Positions 8,784 to 18,312 of a stretch of DNA of 41,127 nt are shown one piece after another. Origin of the DNA: Candidatus Treponema excrementipullorum (GTDB lineage: Bacteria > Spirochaetota > Spirochaetia > Treponematales > Treponemataceae). Where the stretch lies: NCBI GenBank assembly GCA_018883625.1, contig JAHLFV010000243.1, positions 1-41,127 of the forward strand, written 5' to 3'. The notes beneath the pieces were generated by a model, which did no database searches, had not been told where the DNA came from, and saw only the letters and a list, made by a program, of their open reading frames with translations. Positions within the stretch are counted from its first letter, which is position 1; each line of letters starts with the position of its first letter. A program made the translations under genes and the position numbers.

Positions 8784-10010
8784 ATGAAAAAGATTTTGTC
8801 GATAATTTGTGCCCTTTGTATTGTAACTTTTGCCTTTGCAGAAATCGATCCTCCCCATCGATACTTTGAAATTGGAACAGAAGTTCATGTGGGTGTATCA
8901 AATAACTGGTTCTCTGTACCTGATTTTTTCCAAGAAACCTTAGTTGTCGATCTCAATAAAATGGCAGATAACTTAAGTAGTGGCTTGACGTTAGATGCCC
9001 TATTGGATGCCCGGGGCAATGTTGCTATCAATGGCGGTAAAGTATTCCGAATGAATATTTTTGCGGGGGCCTATGGACAGGGAATGGTGAATATTTCTCA
9101 AGAAATGCTGGAATTTCTTGCCAACGGAAATGCCAATACTCCAAATAATACCATTACCGCAAAATTAGGTACCGATATCAATGCCTATGTGGAAGCCGGA
9201 GTTCGTTTTCAGTCAATTATCAAGAATTTAGGTATCTCTGTTACTCCTACGGTGTTTGTCCCTGTAGCCTATGTTCCGCGGGTTGTTGCTACCGGTAAGG
9301 TAGAACCGCAGGAAGATGGTTCCATGGTTGCTACAGGAAAAGCTGATATAAAAGCATATTCTGTTGTTCCCTTGAATGATCCGACCAATATAGATATTAA
9401 TGCTCTTTTGAAAGACGTAGGTGTAGACTTTTCTATAGGTGCCCAGTATGCAATTTTGCCCAGCTTGGATGTAGGTTTAGAAGTACTGCATATACCTGCT
9501 TGGGCAGCCAGTTTGCGGAATGAGACTTCTTTTGTAGCCAGTGCGGAGTATAAAGTTAATCCTGTATTGGATTCAGTTACAGGTAATTCAGAGTCACAAT
9601 TTTACGAAGGTAAGTTTGAAGTGGGAGATCCGACTTATACCACTTTAACAGAGCCTAAAAAAATTCGCCGTCCCATCGAAGCTGTTTTAATGACAGAATG
9701 GCGTCCTTTTGGGGAATGGTTTGACGTAAACGGTTCTGTTGGGTATGTTTTCGGTGAAAATCATAACTTTAAGTATGCTTTAGGCGCCGGTTTCCATCTG
9801 TTAAGAATGTCAAAACTCGGTGGACACATGCTTGATTTTAATATAAAATCAGGATACCAAAATCGCATTTGGACTCAGCAGGCAGAGTTGATTTGGAACC
9901 TTCGAGCATTCGAGCTTGAATTTAATGTTTCCAGTCGTTCTGCAAACTTCCTTTCCAGCTTTATGGGAACAGGGCTGGGAGCCGGATTTGCTTTACGTGT
10001 TGGATTCTAA
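8784..10010 (+). CDS. Putative outer-membrane beta-barrel protein (DUF5723/FadL/TraF-like)
   Basis: Sec signal (AFA-E), amphipathic beta strands, GVDFSIGAQY segment, C-terminal GAGFALRVGF ending in Phe (BAM-type signal); GGAGG SD inside the upstream gene end. Confidence 0.7.
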   Translation: MKKILSIICALCIVTFAFAEIDPPHRYFEIGTEVHVGVSNNWFSVPDFFQETLVVDLNKMADNLSSGLTLDALLDARGNVAINGGKVFRMNIFAGAYGQGMVNISQEMLEFLANGNANTPNNTITAKLGTDINAYVEAGVRFQSIIKNLGISVTPTVFVPVAYVPRVVATGKVEPQEDGSMVATGKADIKAYSVVPLNDPTNIDINALLKDVGVDFSIGAQYAILPSLDVGLEVLHIPAWAASLRNETSFVASAEYKVNPVLDSVTGNSESQFYEGKFEVGDPTYTTLTEPKKIRRPIEAVLMTEWRPFGEWFDVNGSVGYVFGENHNFKYALGAGFHLLRMSKLGGHMLDFNIKSGYQNRIWTQQAELIWNLRAFELEFNVSSRSANFLSSFMGTGLGAGFALRVGF

Positions 10011-10015
10011 ACGTC

Positions 10016-10048
10016 TTGTGTTACCAGAAGAGAATTCTGGTAACACAA
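10016..10048. terminator. Perfect 14-bp inverted repeat after the barrel gene
   Basis: TTGTGTTACCAGAA-GAGAA-TTCTGGTAACACAA; no U-tract. Confidence 0.55.
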
Positions 10049-10093
10049 AGATGTGTTGGTAATATATAATTTTTTTATTGGAGTAGGGAGATT

Positions 10094-10402
10094 ATGACTA
10101 TAGAAGAGCTTTCCAGTCAGATTTACAAAAACACTTATAATCAGTTGGAGAGAAGTTCCGGGGTGGGCGCAGCTGTTACCGGAAGAGTAAGCAAGTTGCC
10201 TTTTCCTTTGGAGACATTGCAAGATTCTTTCAGAAACTTTGTCAGAGATACCCCTTTGACTAATATTGATTTGTATATTGCCGAAGATGCAGAAGTAGAA
10301 GAGGGAGTGCTTGTTTTGGATTCCATTGAAACATTCAGTGACGGAGAAAGTGCTTCCGGGAATATATCTTTTGATGAGGATTTAGCTCGGATAGATTTAT
10401 AA
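10094..10402 (+). CDS. Hypothetical acidic cytoplasmic protein
   Basis: 102 aa with GGGAG SD, flanked by hairpins; no recognisable motif. Confidence 0.75.
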   Translation: MTIEELSSQIYKNTYNQLERSSGVGAAVTGRVSKLPFPLETLQDSFRNFVRDTPLTNIDLYIAEDAEVEEGVLVLDSIETFSDGESASGNISFDEDLARIDL

Positions 10403-10414
10403 TGTTCGGGTTTT

Positions 10415-10501
10415 AATCAAGATTGTAAGTCTTGATTTAGGATCTAAGTCTGCAAAAAAGGCTACTTTTCCAAAATATAATTTGGAGTAAGTAGCCTTTT
10501 G
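10415..10501. terminator. Tandem hairpins / bidirectional intrinsic terminator
   Basis: AATCAAGA/TCTTGATT (10415-10437) and AAAAGGCTACTT...AAGTAGCCTTTT (10456-10500) between convergent genes. Confidence 0.7.
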
Positions 10502-10521
10502 TATTTTAAATATTTATTCTA

Positions 10522-11733
10522 TTATTTTTCACCTTCAACTACAGGAAGTTGTCCTTGATCATCCTCTATAGGAGCGGGAACAGTTTCTTCTGTAATGGTG
10601 TCAGCAGGTACTTCTGTTGCTTCTACAGGAACCTGAGTAGTATTTGTTTCATTGGAAACTGACAAGAACAATTCGGCAGAAGGCAGTTTGAAGTCTGTTG
10701 CAAAGTTCATTTCAGTTATTTCACTTACGTTGCCTAAGTTGTCTACTGCGTATACCTGTAAACTGTGTTTTCCGATTTCTTCTATTACAAGAGTATTTGT
10801 TGTGTCAAAAGCTGCAAATTCAGCACCGTCAACAGATACAAAAACATTGGCTACACCGGAAAGTTCATCTGCTGCAGAAATATAAAATTGTGCATACGGA
10901 CTTACATGCTGCTCGTTATTGATAAGAACAGGCTCGATATCCAATTCTATTTCTACGGCAGGAGCTGTATTGTCTACAACAAATTCAGTGATAAGGGGAT
11001 GGGAAATATTTCCTACATAGTCTACTGCATAAGTTGATGCAGAAATATTTCCTTCAGGCAGCTCGGCCAAAGACAAAGCACCGGTTTTTACAACATCTGC
11101 ATAGTTTGTATCAAGAAGATTGGTGTAGAGATGTTCTGTACCGGCCAAGTCATCTTCACCTTTGAAAAGAATACTGGTGTCTTTGCTGACATACAATACT
11201 CCGTCTGCTGTATAGGTAGGACCGCTTAATAAACTTGAAATAACGGGGGCTGTTCCGTCAACAATTCCGGTGTAAATCTTTGTGTTTCCGTATGTACCCC
11301 ACAGATCCTGAGTTCCCCATCCCAGTACAAATTGGCCTTCTTCCGTTAAAGGAACCGGCTGAGTGTATTCTGTTGCAGCTCCTGAGTTAAGAGAATACAA
11401 AATCTTACCGTTTTCTCCGTCCCAGTTTTCTGCTTCTAATTTGATTTCTGTTCCTAACGGAATGTAATCGATGGTGCCGTTGTTCCAAACCTTGCGAACA
11501 GGAGCAGGAATTTCAGCTGGAACTTCTACCGGACCGGTGGCAGCTGCTGTTCTGCGGGTTGCGGTTGTAGATACAGAACGGGTAGTTGTTGCATCGATAT
11601 TTTCTACCGGTACAACTTCGGATGTGATTTCGGCATCTGCAGATGTGGTCTGCACACCTTCTGTTGTAACATGCTGTGCAGAAACAAAAGATACTACCAG
11701 CAGTAAAGAAAGAAGCAATGTGATTTTTTTCAT
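10522..11733 (-). CDS. Secreted protein with three Ig-like (OmpL47-type) repeats
   Basis: Start reassigned to MKKITLL (GGAGG SD). Signal peptide, T/A/V-rich linker, repeats ending in DLWGT / AVDYVGN / AVDNLGN with DxTAP junctions, acidic P/T/E tail. Confidence 0.75.
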   Translation of the reverse strand: MKKITLLLSLLLVVSFVSAQHVTTEGVQTTSADAEITSEVVPVENIDATTTRSVSTTATRRTAAATGPVEVPAEIPAPVRKVWNNGTIDYIPLGTEIKLEAENWDGENGKILYSLNSGAATEYTQPVPLTEEGQFVLGWGTQDLWGTYGNTKIYTGIVDGTAPVISSLLSGPTYTADGVLYVSKDTSILFKGEDDLAGTEHLYTNLLDTNYADVVKTGALSLAELPEGNISASTYAVDYVGNISHPLITEFVVDNTAPAVEIELDIEPVLINNEQHVSPYAQFYISAADELSGVANVFVSVDGAEFAAFDTTNTLVIEEIGKHSLQVYAVDNLGNVSEITEMNFATDFKLPSAELFLSVSNETNTTQVPVEATEVPADTITEETVPAPIEDDQGQLPVVEGEK

Positions 11734-11922
11734 TAAAACCTCCCAATATTTCTTCAATTATATAGCATTCTTTTCTCAAGATACAAGTATTGAAATCGGG
11801 ATTTTAAAGGAATTGAGAATAGTTAAAAAACAAATAAAAAATAAGAGAAGTGTTGGAATTTTTGGAGTTATTATGGATTTGATATATAAAATTTCCAATA
11901 GTATTATTATCCCTTTTTACTC

Positions 11923-11950
11923 TAGACATATGAGAAAAATATGGTATACT
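11923..11950 (+). promoter_or_regulatory. Promoter, probably leaderless, for the LRR lipoprotein
   Basis: TAGACA-16bp-(TGg)TATACT, then 7 nt, then ATG. Confidence 0.55.
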
Positions 11951-11957
11951 GGAAGAG

Positions 11958-13154
11958 ATGAAGTGTTATATAAATCATAAATTTACAACAATCGCATGGG
12001 GATTAGTTATTATAATTATCCTGTTTTGCGGTTGTAGCAATATGATAGAAAGATTGCGGTTATTAACTGGTGACAATATTGATATATACATATCTTATTA
12101 TGACAGACCCATTACCGAGTTTGAGTTAGGGTTGGGAAATAACACAGGTTTTTATTTTATTTTTGTTGATCGGGAAACCAAAGAGTTAGTTAATAATTAT
12201 TCCATGATTAAATCAATTGAATGGCATTTACCTGCCAGTGATAACTACATCAATTTTTCGACAAATAGCAATAAGTTAACTTTATTTTTAGTGGGAAAGA
12301 AGGCATCTGACAAACAAAACCCTTATGAGATTTCTGTTACAGTGAACGGAAAAAAATCGTATCCTTGCTTTGTCTCGGTGGCCAATTATTACACCGCTGC
12401 TACGGAAGAAGAGTTACAGGGGATTCTTAGTGACGTTCCAAACTCTTCCATCAACGAAATTCACATTACTGGTGACACGTTGCTCTCTTCTCCGAATTCT
12501 TTGATACAAATTGCACAGCAATTGCCGGGCGATAGAAGTTATAAATATACGTTGGATTTATCTGAGGCAACAAATATTGATTTGTCTACTGATTTTGGTA
12601 ACTATCCGTCAGATATTGAATTTTTCAATTCCAGTGTAGGAGAGATTATTTTACCGGAAGGACTTACCACAATTGGTGAAAATGCTTTTTGGGGATTTAC
12701 GGCGCTTGAGCGTATAAATATTCCATCTACAGTAGAGACAATTGGAAACGGAGCATTATCGGGAACTAAAATCAGAGAAATTGTTATTCCCGGTTCAGTT
12801 AGATCCATCGGTAATGGTGCGTTTGATAGATGTTTACAACTTTCTTCAATCAGTTTTGAAAACTCTTCTGATGGCTTAAAATTGGGTGATGATGTTTTTG
12901 CTTCATGTAATAGTCTAGCTGAAATTACTATCCCTGCCCGTATCACACACTTAGGTGATCGTTCATTTTTCCGTTGTGAAAAATTAAGCAAAATTACTTT
13001 TGAGTCTAGGGAGAGTCCTATTTTCGTAGGTGAACGGGCATTTGAAAAATGTCCTTTATCTGAGGTTATTATTGATAAAGAAGATGTTGGTTTGATTACC
13101 GGTGCCGGTGCCGATAACCTAAAAAAATACATAAAAGATCCGACGACGCCCTAA
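11958..13154 (+). CDS. BspA/TpLRR-type leucine-rich-repeat surface lipoprotein
   Basis: Hydrophobic N-terminus with FCGC lipobox-like motif; repeats [59 protein letters not shown]. Confidence 0.88.
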   Translation: MKCYINHKFTTIAWGLVIIIILFCGCSNMIERLRLLTGDNIDIYISYYDRPITEFELGLGNNTGFYFIFVDRETKELVNNYSMIKSIEWHLPASDNYINFSTNSNKLTLFLVGKKASDKQNPYEISVTVNGKKSYPCFVSVANYYTAATEEELQGILSDVPNSSINEIHITGDTLLSSPNSLIQIAQQLPGDRSYKYTLDLSEATNIDLSTDFGNYPSDIEFFNSSVGEIILPEGLTTIGENAFWGFTALERINIPSTVETIGNGALSGTKIREIVIPGSVRSIGNGAFDRCLQLSSISFENSSDGLKLGDDVFASCNSLAEITIPARITHLGDRSFFRCEKLSKITFESRESPIFVGERAFEKCPLSEVIIDKEDVGLITGAGADNLKKYIKDPTTP

Positions 13155-13246
13155 ACTATTTTTGTTCATTCTGTTGCTCTTTCTGTAAAGGAGTTTGCTA
13201 CTTGCTCCGGCTATGCAGAAAGAGCATTTTTTTGTATACTGTACAC

Positions 13247-15187
13247 ATGGCAGGATTTTATGACGCCTTTGACGTTGCCGTAGTTGGTGGAGGCCACGCC
13301 GGCATAGAAGCTGCTTTGGCTGCGGCAAAAATGGGCTTAAAAACAATACTTATCACTCAAACTATAGATTCTATCGGACGTATGTCCTGTAACCCTTCTA
13401 TCGGAGGCATTGCAAAAGGAAATATAACTCGGGAAATTGACGCTTTGGGCGGCGTCATGGCTCATCTTATCGATAACTCCATGATCCAATTCAGAATGTT
13501 GAATAAAAGTCGAGGCCCGGCTGTTCAGGCTCCCCGAGCTCAGGCAGATAAGCTTTTATATGCACAACTTGCCCGTCAATTATTGGAACAACAGCCTAAT
13601 TTATCCACGTTGCAGGATACCGTGGTAGATTTAGAAACCGTGTTCTCTCAAGAGCCCTTGCCTACAGGAAAAGCGGATGCTGCCGGGGAAAGTAAAGAAT
13701 CGTTGCCGGGAGAACAGAAAGGTGCTCGGTTAGAACAAAATAATCGTCAGGTTTTAACGGCTCTAGTAACAGAAAGAGGTCGTCGTATTCCTGTTCGCTC
13801 CGCTGTCCTTACAACAGGAACTTTTTTAGGGGGAAAAATATTTATCGGTGCTTACGATGCCCCCTGTGGTCGACTGGGAGAACCGGGAGCTGTAGGGTTG
13901 ACGGCAGCCCTCAATAGATTGGGGTTTACTACCGGCAGACTGAAGACGGGAACACCACCTCGGGTGCTGAAGTCCTCCATTGATTTTAGTCAGTTGGAAG
14001 AACAACCGGGGGATGAAGTCGCACTACCTTTTTCCTTTGACCGAGACACCATTGACCGTCCTTTGGTAAACTGTCATCTTGTGTACACCAACAGTGCTAC
14101 CCACGATTTAATTCGGGCGAATATCGATAAATCGCCTCTTTACAGCGGTAAAATCAGCGGAATCGGTCCCCGGTACTGTCCTTCCATAGAAGACAAAGTT
14201 ATGCGGTTTGCAGAACGGGAGCGTCACCAGCTTTTTGTGGAGCCGGAAGGTTTATCTACAGAAGAGATGTATATCAATGGTTTTTCTTCGTCTTTGCCGG
14301 AAGATGTACAGGATGAGTTTTTGCGGACCTTGCCCGGATTTGCACATGCAGTTATCAGCAGACCGGGGTACGCCGTAGAGTACGATTACATTGACCCAAC
14401 TCAGTTGTATCCGTCTTTGGAAACAAAAAATGTGGCAGGTTTGTTTACTGCCGGTCAGATAAACGGAACTTCCGGTTATGAAGAAGCCGCAGGGCAAGGT
14501 CTGATTGCCGGGATTAATGCCGCTTTATACTCCCGGGAACACGCAAAACTGACAGGGCCGCTGATATGTGAAAAAAGTGCCTCTCACCGGGAGAATGCTG
14601 TTGCTTCTGCCGGTCATCCTGACAGAATAGGTGTTGTACCGGTTTTTGAGCCGGTTGTTATTTCCCGCAGTGAAGGGTATATCGGTGTTCTCATTGACGA
14701 TTTGGTTACCTTGGGAACTCGAGAGCCTTACAGAATGTTCACAGCTCGGGCAGAGTATCGGTTAAAACTCCGCCATGATACTGCAGATAGAAGACTGTGC
14801 GAAAAAACCTATCGGGTCGGTTTAAATCCTCAATGGCGGTATGACAGAGTTTTGGAAAAAATAAAAACGGAAGAAGAAATTTTGGCATTGTTGGAAAAAA
14901 ATCCTCAGGCATCAAATCCCGGTTATCCGGAAAGTCTGTGGGAAATGGCTTTAACAGATAAAAAATACGCCCATTATATTGAAAAACAGGATAAACGGGT
15001 AGATAAAATGCACAGAATGGAACATGCAAAAATTCCCATGGATTTTGACTATGGTGCCATACCTTCCTTGTCTGCCGAATCCCGTCAAAAGTTGGAAAAA
15101 ATACGTCCCACAACGTTAGGTCAAGCCAGTCGAATTTCGGGCATCAGAAATTCCGATATAATGCTTTTAATGGTGTATTTAAAATAA
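13247..15187 (+). CDS. mnmG: tRNA uridine-5-carboxymethylaminomethyl(34) synthesis enzyme MnmG (GidA)
   Basis: [68 protein letters not shown]; start reassigned to ATG 13247 (MAGFYD), 6 nt after TATACT. Confidence 0.97.
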   Translation: MAGFYDAFDVAVVGGGHAGIEAALAAAKMGLKTILITQTIDSIGRMSCNPSIGGIAKGNITREIDALGGVMAHLIDNSMIQFRMLNKSRGPAVQAPRAQADKLLYAQLARQLLEQQPNLSTLQDTVVDLETVFSQEPLPTGKADAAGESKESLPGEQKGARLEQNNRQVLTALVTERGRRIPVRSAVLTTGTFLGGKIFIGAYDAPCGRLGEPGAVGLTAALNRLGFTTGRLKTGTPPRVLKSSIDFSQLEEQPGDEVALPFSFDRDTIDRPLVNCHLVYTNSATHDLIRANIDKSPLYSGKISGIGPRYCPSIEDKVMRFAERERHQLFVEPEGLSTEEMYINGFSSSLPEDVQDEFLRTLPGFAHAVISRPGYAVEYDYIDPTQLYPSLETKNVAGLFTAGQINGTSGYEEAAGQGLIAGINAALYSREHAKLTGPLICEKSASHRENAVASAGHPDRIGVVPVFEPVVISRSEGYIGVLIDDLVTLGTREPYRMFTARAEYRLKLRHDTADRRLCEKTYRVGLNPQWRYDRVLEKIKTEEEILALLEKNPQASNPGYPESLWEMALTDKKYAHYIEKQDKRVDKMHRMEHAKIPMDFDYGAIPSLSAESRQKLEKIRPTTLGQASRISGIRNSDIMLLMVYLK

Positions 15188-15189
15188 AA

Positions 15190-15230
15190 AAAACTTCCGA
15201 CCGTTTCGATACCGTATGGTCGGAAGTTTT
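15190..15230. terminator. Bidirectional intrinsic terminator
   Basis: AAAACTTCCGACC...GGTCGGAAGTTTT between convergent mnmG and deaminase. Confidence 0.85.
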
Positions 15231-15234
15231 CTTG

Positions 15235-16146
15235 TTATTGATATTCTGCCACATTAGAAGCAAATATCTTTTTTACTTGCTCCTCAGTCAGAACATTTTT
15301 GTTTACCAAATCAAAGGCCTGTTCTGATACGGTTTTACCAAAGAATAACAGGTCATCAGTAGCAATGGAAACCCGGATACCTGTTTCTACCAACTTCTTT
15401 ATGGGGTGTGATTCCAAGTTTTTCACAGCACCAAGCATTACATTGCTTTCAGGACAGACATTCAGACGCAAATCTCTGTCTTTGATAAACTGGAGAACAG
15501 AATCATCCTGAACGGCACCGATACCATGCTGTACTTCTTCCAGATTAAAGGCTTCGATAAAGTTTTTAACGGAAGCTGCATTGGAAAATTCACCTACGTG
15601 AGCCTTGCGTTTTACGCCCTTTTTTCCGGCTAAATCAAATATAGGTTGAAAGTTTTCAATGCCTTCTTCTACTTCCGGTCCATACAAGTCTATGCTGTTA
15701 AAAAGTCCGCTTTCTATACAAGGAGGTGCCCATTCCCGAATTTTGTCGATGTCAAAGGTTTTACCTAGTCCCAATTCAGGTCGGAAGTTTATTTTGCCTT
15801 TGAATTTGTCTGTAATATTCTGAACCATATCCAAAAAGGCATCCAAACTGCCACAGTGGTTTACAAACCCGATATCGATGCTACCCTCCAAAACTTTTAC
15901 TCCGTCAGCTATAGCATCATTGATGGAAAGTACAAGCAAATCGGTAACGTCTCGCATTGTTTTTGCTCGGGGACGGGTATACTCTCCGATAATTTCATGC
16001 ATTTCATCAAGTCCCTTCATTTTGCGGGGAAAGTTAGGAATGTAAAATCCGGCCCAAGGTGCGTAAGAGGCGTAACGCATACCTAAATTCAAATGGTTAT
16101 GGGCATCAATCTTGGGAAGTGAAATAAAATCTGATACGGACATCAT
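15235..16146 (-). CDS. add: Adenosine deaminase family protein
   Basis: LPKIDAHNHL metal motif, AHVGE, HG, VCPESN, SIATDD; GAGGAG SD. Confidence 0.85.
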   Translation of the reverse strand: MMSVSDFISLPKIDAHNHLNLGMRYASYAPWAGFYIPNFPRKMKGLDEMHEIIGEYTRPRAKTMRDVTDLLVLSINDAIADGVKVLEGSIDIGFVNHCGSLDAFLDMVQNITDKFKGKINFRPELGLGKTFDIDKIREWAPPCIESGLFNSIDLYGPEVEEGIENFQPIFDLAGKKGVKRKAHVGEFSNAASVKNFIEAFNLEEVQHGIGAVQDDSVLQFIKDRDLRLNVCPESNVMLGAVKNLESHPIKKLVETGIRVSIATDDLLFFGKTVSEQAFDLVNKNVLTEEQVKKIFASNVAEYQ

Positions 16147-16200
16147 ATTTTGCTCCTCTCTATTTTCATTGTATCGGCTGTAAACCCGTAATTCTTGAAT

Positions 16201-18000
16201 TTACAAGAGTAAAGATTCCAACTCGTCTACAAGGTTTTCAAAAGTTTTCAAAGCAGAACGAACAGGTTCCGGTGATTCCATGTCTACTCCTGCAACCTTC
16301 AAAGCTTCTATGGGGTATCGAGAACCTCCTGATTTCAGGAACGTGAAGTAATCTTCTTTTTCTTTTTCTCCACCCTCTGTGACTCGTTTTGCCAAAGCCA
16401 AAGAAGCCGAAATACCTGTTGCATATTTATAAACATAAAAGGCTCTGTAGAAGTGAGGAATGCGCAAACCTTCCAAATCGCTCATTTCTAGTAATTCTAC
16501 TTTAGGACCAAAATAGTCTTCCAAAAGTTTGCGATAGGTACTGCGTAATAAATCCACCGTTAATGGTGTTCCTGACTCGACAAATTCGTGGGTTTTTAAC
16601 TCAAATTCGGCAAACATTGTTTGTCTGTACAATGTAGCCAAAATATCGGAAGCTCTCTCTGATAAAAGATAGGCTTTCATTTCTTTTGAGTCGGCATTTT
16701 TAAGCAAATATTGGAAAACCAATTGTTCGTTAAAGGTAGAGGCAACTTCTGCTTCAAAAATAGTATAATTATACTGCATAAAAGGATTTGAAGAAGAAGA
16801 GTAGTGGGAGTGCATGGAGTGACCGCCTTCGTGAGCCATGGTATACACATCCCGAAGAACGTCTTCTTTATAATTCAGCAAAATGTAAGGATAACCGGTG
16901 TAACTTCCTGCAGAAAAAGCTCCAGAATCTTTACCTTTGTTTTCATATCTGTCAACCCAACCACTGACAAGGCCTGTACAAAGGGTATTTACGTACTCCT
17001 GTCCCAACGGCGCTAAAGCGTTTCGGATAATTTCCACCGCTTCTTCATAACTGGTGTGTTTCTTCACACTGTGTACTAAGGGAACGTATACGTCATAGTG
17101 GTGCAACGTGTCCAATTTCAAAACCTTGCGCCGTAACTCGTAATATCGATGTAAAACAGGGAGACTTTCCCGTACAGCTTTGATCAAATTGTCATATACA
17201 GATAAGGGTACTTTATCCGGGTACAAGGCTTTTTCTCTTGCTGATTTGTATCCCCGAACCCGTGCCTCAAAAATATCTTGATTAACACTGCCTTCATAAA
17301 GGGTTGCAATAGTGTTTTTGTGTTTTTCAAAAACGCCGTAAAACTGTTGATAGGTTTTTTTACGAATTTCTATATCCTGATTTTGCAACAAAAGACTAAA
17401 AGTTGAATGGGTTAGAGGAATCTCTCCCTCTGGAGTTGTGATGGTGCCAAAGTCCATGTCTACATCGGTAAGCATAGAAAACGCTTTATCTGGAGTTTGG
17501 CTTGATTCGTTTTGCAGAGCAAGAATTTTTTCTTCTTTTTCGCTAAGAATATGGTTTTTCATGCGAAGAAGCTTTGTGACCCATACTCTGTAGTCATCAA
17601 AAGCCGGTGTCGCAATCCATTGGCGCACAGATTCTTCGTCAATAGATTGAATTTCAGGAATCAAAAAGCTGATTTTTGCTTCTGCTGCCGTAGCAGCCAT
17701 AAGGTAGCGACTCTTTTTTTCTTGGTTAGCACTGTCTCCGGCATCACCGGCTGACAAAAGGAAGGCATAACTACCAACAATTTCGGATGTTTGCTCCATT
17801 TTTGATAAAAGAGAAAGTGTATGTAAAAAGGTGTCTGCTGACTGACCTACTTTCCCTTTACAGTTTTCTATTTCTTCTGCCATGGGAAGGATACTTGTTA
17901 AAGCCTTCTCCCAGTCATCATCTGATTTAAATAAGGTAGAAAGATCCCATTTATCTTTTGCAGGGATATCTTTTCTTAATGGAATATGTGTTTTACTCAT
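16201..18000 (-). CDS. pepF: Oligoendopeptidase F (M3B)
   Basis: KWDLS, WVDRYENKGKDSGAFS, TMAHEGGHSMH, AEVASTFNE, RIPHFY, YVYKYATG; start reassigned to MSKTH at 18000. Confidence 0.96.
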   Translation of the reverse strand: MSKTHIPLRKDIPAKDKWDLSTLFKSDDDWEKALTSILPMAEEIENCKGKVGQSADTFLHTLSLLSKMEQTSEIVGSYAFLLSAGDAGDSANQEKKSRYLMAATAAEAKISFLIPEIQSIDEESVRQWIATPAFDDYRVWVTKLLRMKNHILSEKEEKILALQNESSQTPDKAFSMLTDVDMDFGTITTPEGEIPLTHSTFSLLLQNQDIEIRKKTYQQFYGVFEKHKNTIATLYEGSVNQDIFEARVRGYKSAREKALYPDKVPLSVYDNLIKAVRESLPVLHRYYELRRKVLKLDTLHHYDVYVPLVHSVKKHTSYEEAVEIIRNALAPLGQEYVNTLCTGLVSGWVDRYENKGKDSGAFSAGSYTGYPYILLNYKEDVLRDVYTMAHEGGHSMHSHYSSSSNPFMQYNYTIFEAEVASTFNEQLVFQYLLKNADSKEMKAYLLSERASDILATLYRQTMFAEFELKTHEFVESGTPLTVDLLRSTYRKLLEDYFGPKVELLEMSDLEGLRIPHFYRAFYVYKYATGISASLALAKRVTEGGEKEKEDYFTFLKSGGSRYPIEALKVAGVDMESPEPVRSALKTFENLVDELESLLL

Positions 18001-18007
18001 AGAGACT

Positions 18008-18036
18008 ATTATAACACTTTTTTTTCTTAACGCCAA
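18008..18036 (-). promoter_or_regulatory. Extended -10 promoter, probably leaderless, for pepF
   Basis: TTGGCG-17bp-(TGt)TATAAT, then 7 nt, then ATG. Confidence 0.65.
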
Positions 18037-18075
18037 TTACTTTAGAAAATATGTCAATAAACCGATAAGAATTCT

Positions 18076-18312
18076 ATGGGTATTTTAGATATCTTGTTTG
18101 TAGTCCGTTCTGTTCTCATACATCCCGCAGTTATTTTTATTACCATTGCGGTGATTTTTTACTTGGAATTTGTGGTATATGTTGCAAATTACAGAAAGAA
18201 GGCTGTGACAAGAAAAGCAAAGAAACGCTCTGCACCGGAATTAGCTGCTGACGGAACAGCTACTACCGTCGAGGCCTCTGCAGAAAAGAAAGATACTTCC
18301 AAAGAGAAGTAA
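18076..18312 (+). CDS. Small single-pass membrane protein, hypothetical
   Basis: 78 aa: hydrophobic N-half, then basic YRKKAVTRKAKKR and a flexible tail; fills the gap between pepF and recQ. Confidence 0.65.
   Translation: MGILDILFVVRSVLIHPAVIFITIAVIFYLEFVVYVANYRKKAVTRKAKKRSAPELAADGTATTVEASAEKKDTSKEK

Noticed and set aside
11471-13132. Long antisense ORFs 11471-11980 (+) and 12602-13132 (-)
   Set aside because: Mirror frames of low-complexity and LRR genes; no SD or protein-like features.
13202-13246. ORF-track upstream starts for mnmG (13202); likewise pepF (18036), OmpA (21271), the Ig protein (11757), the oxidoreductase (23595) and glpK (26527)
   Set aside because: Downstream starts fit SD or promoter positions and family N-termini better.
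13640-14650. MnmG insertions (and the XPB insertion near 39380-39480) as inteins
   Set aside because: Too short, with no N-terminal C/S plus C-terminal HN splice motifs; they look like flexible loops.
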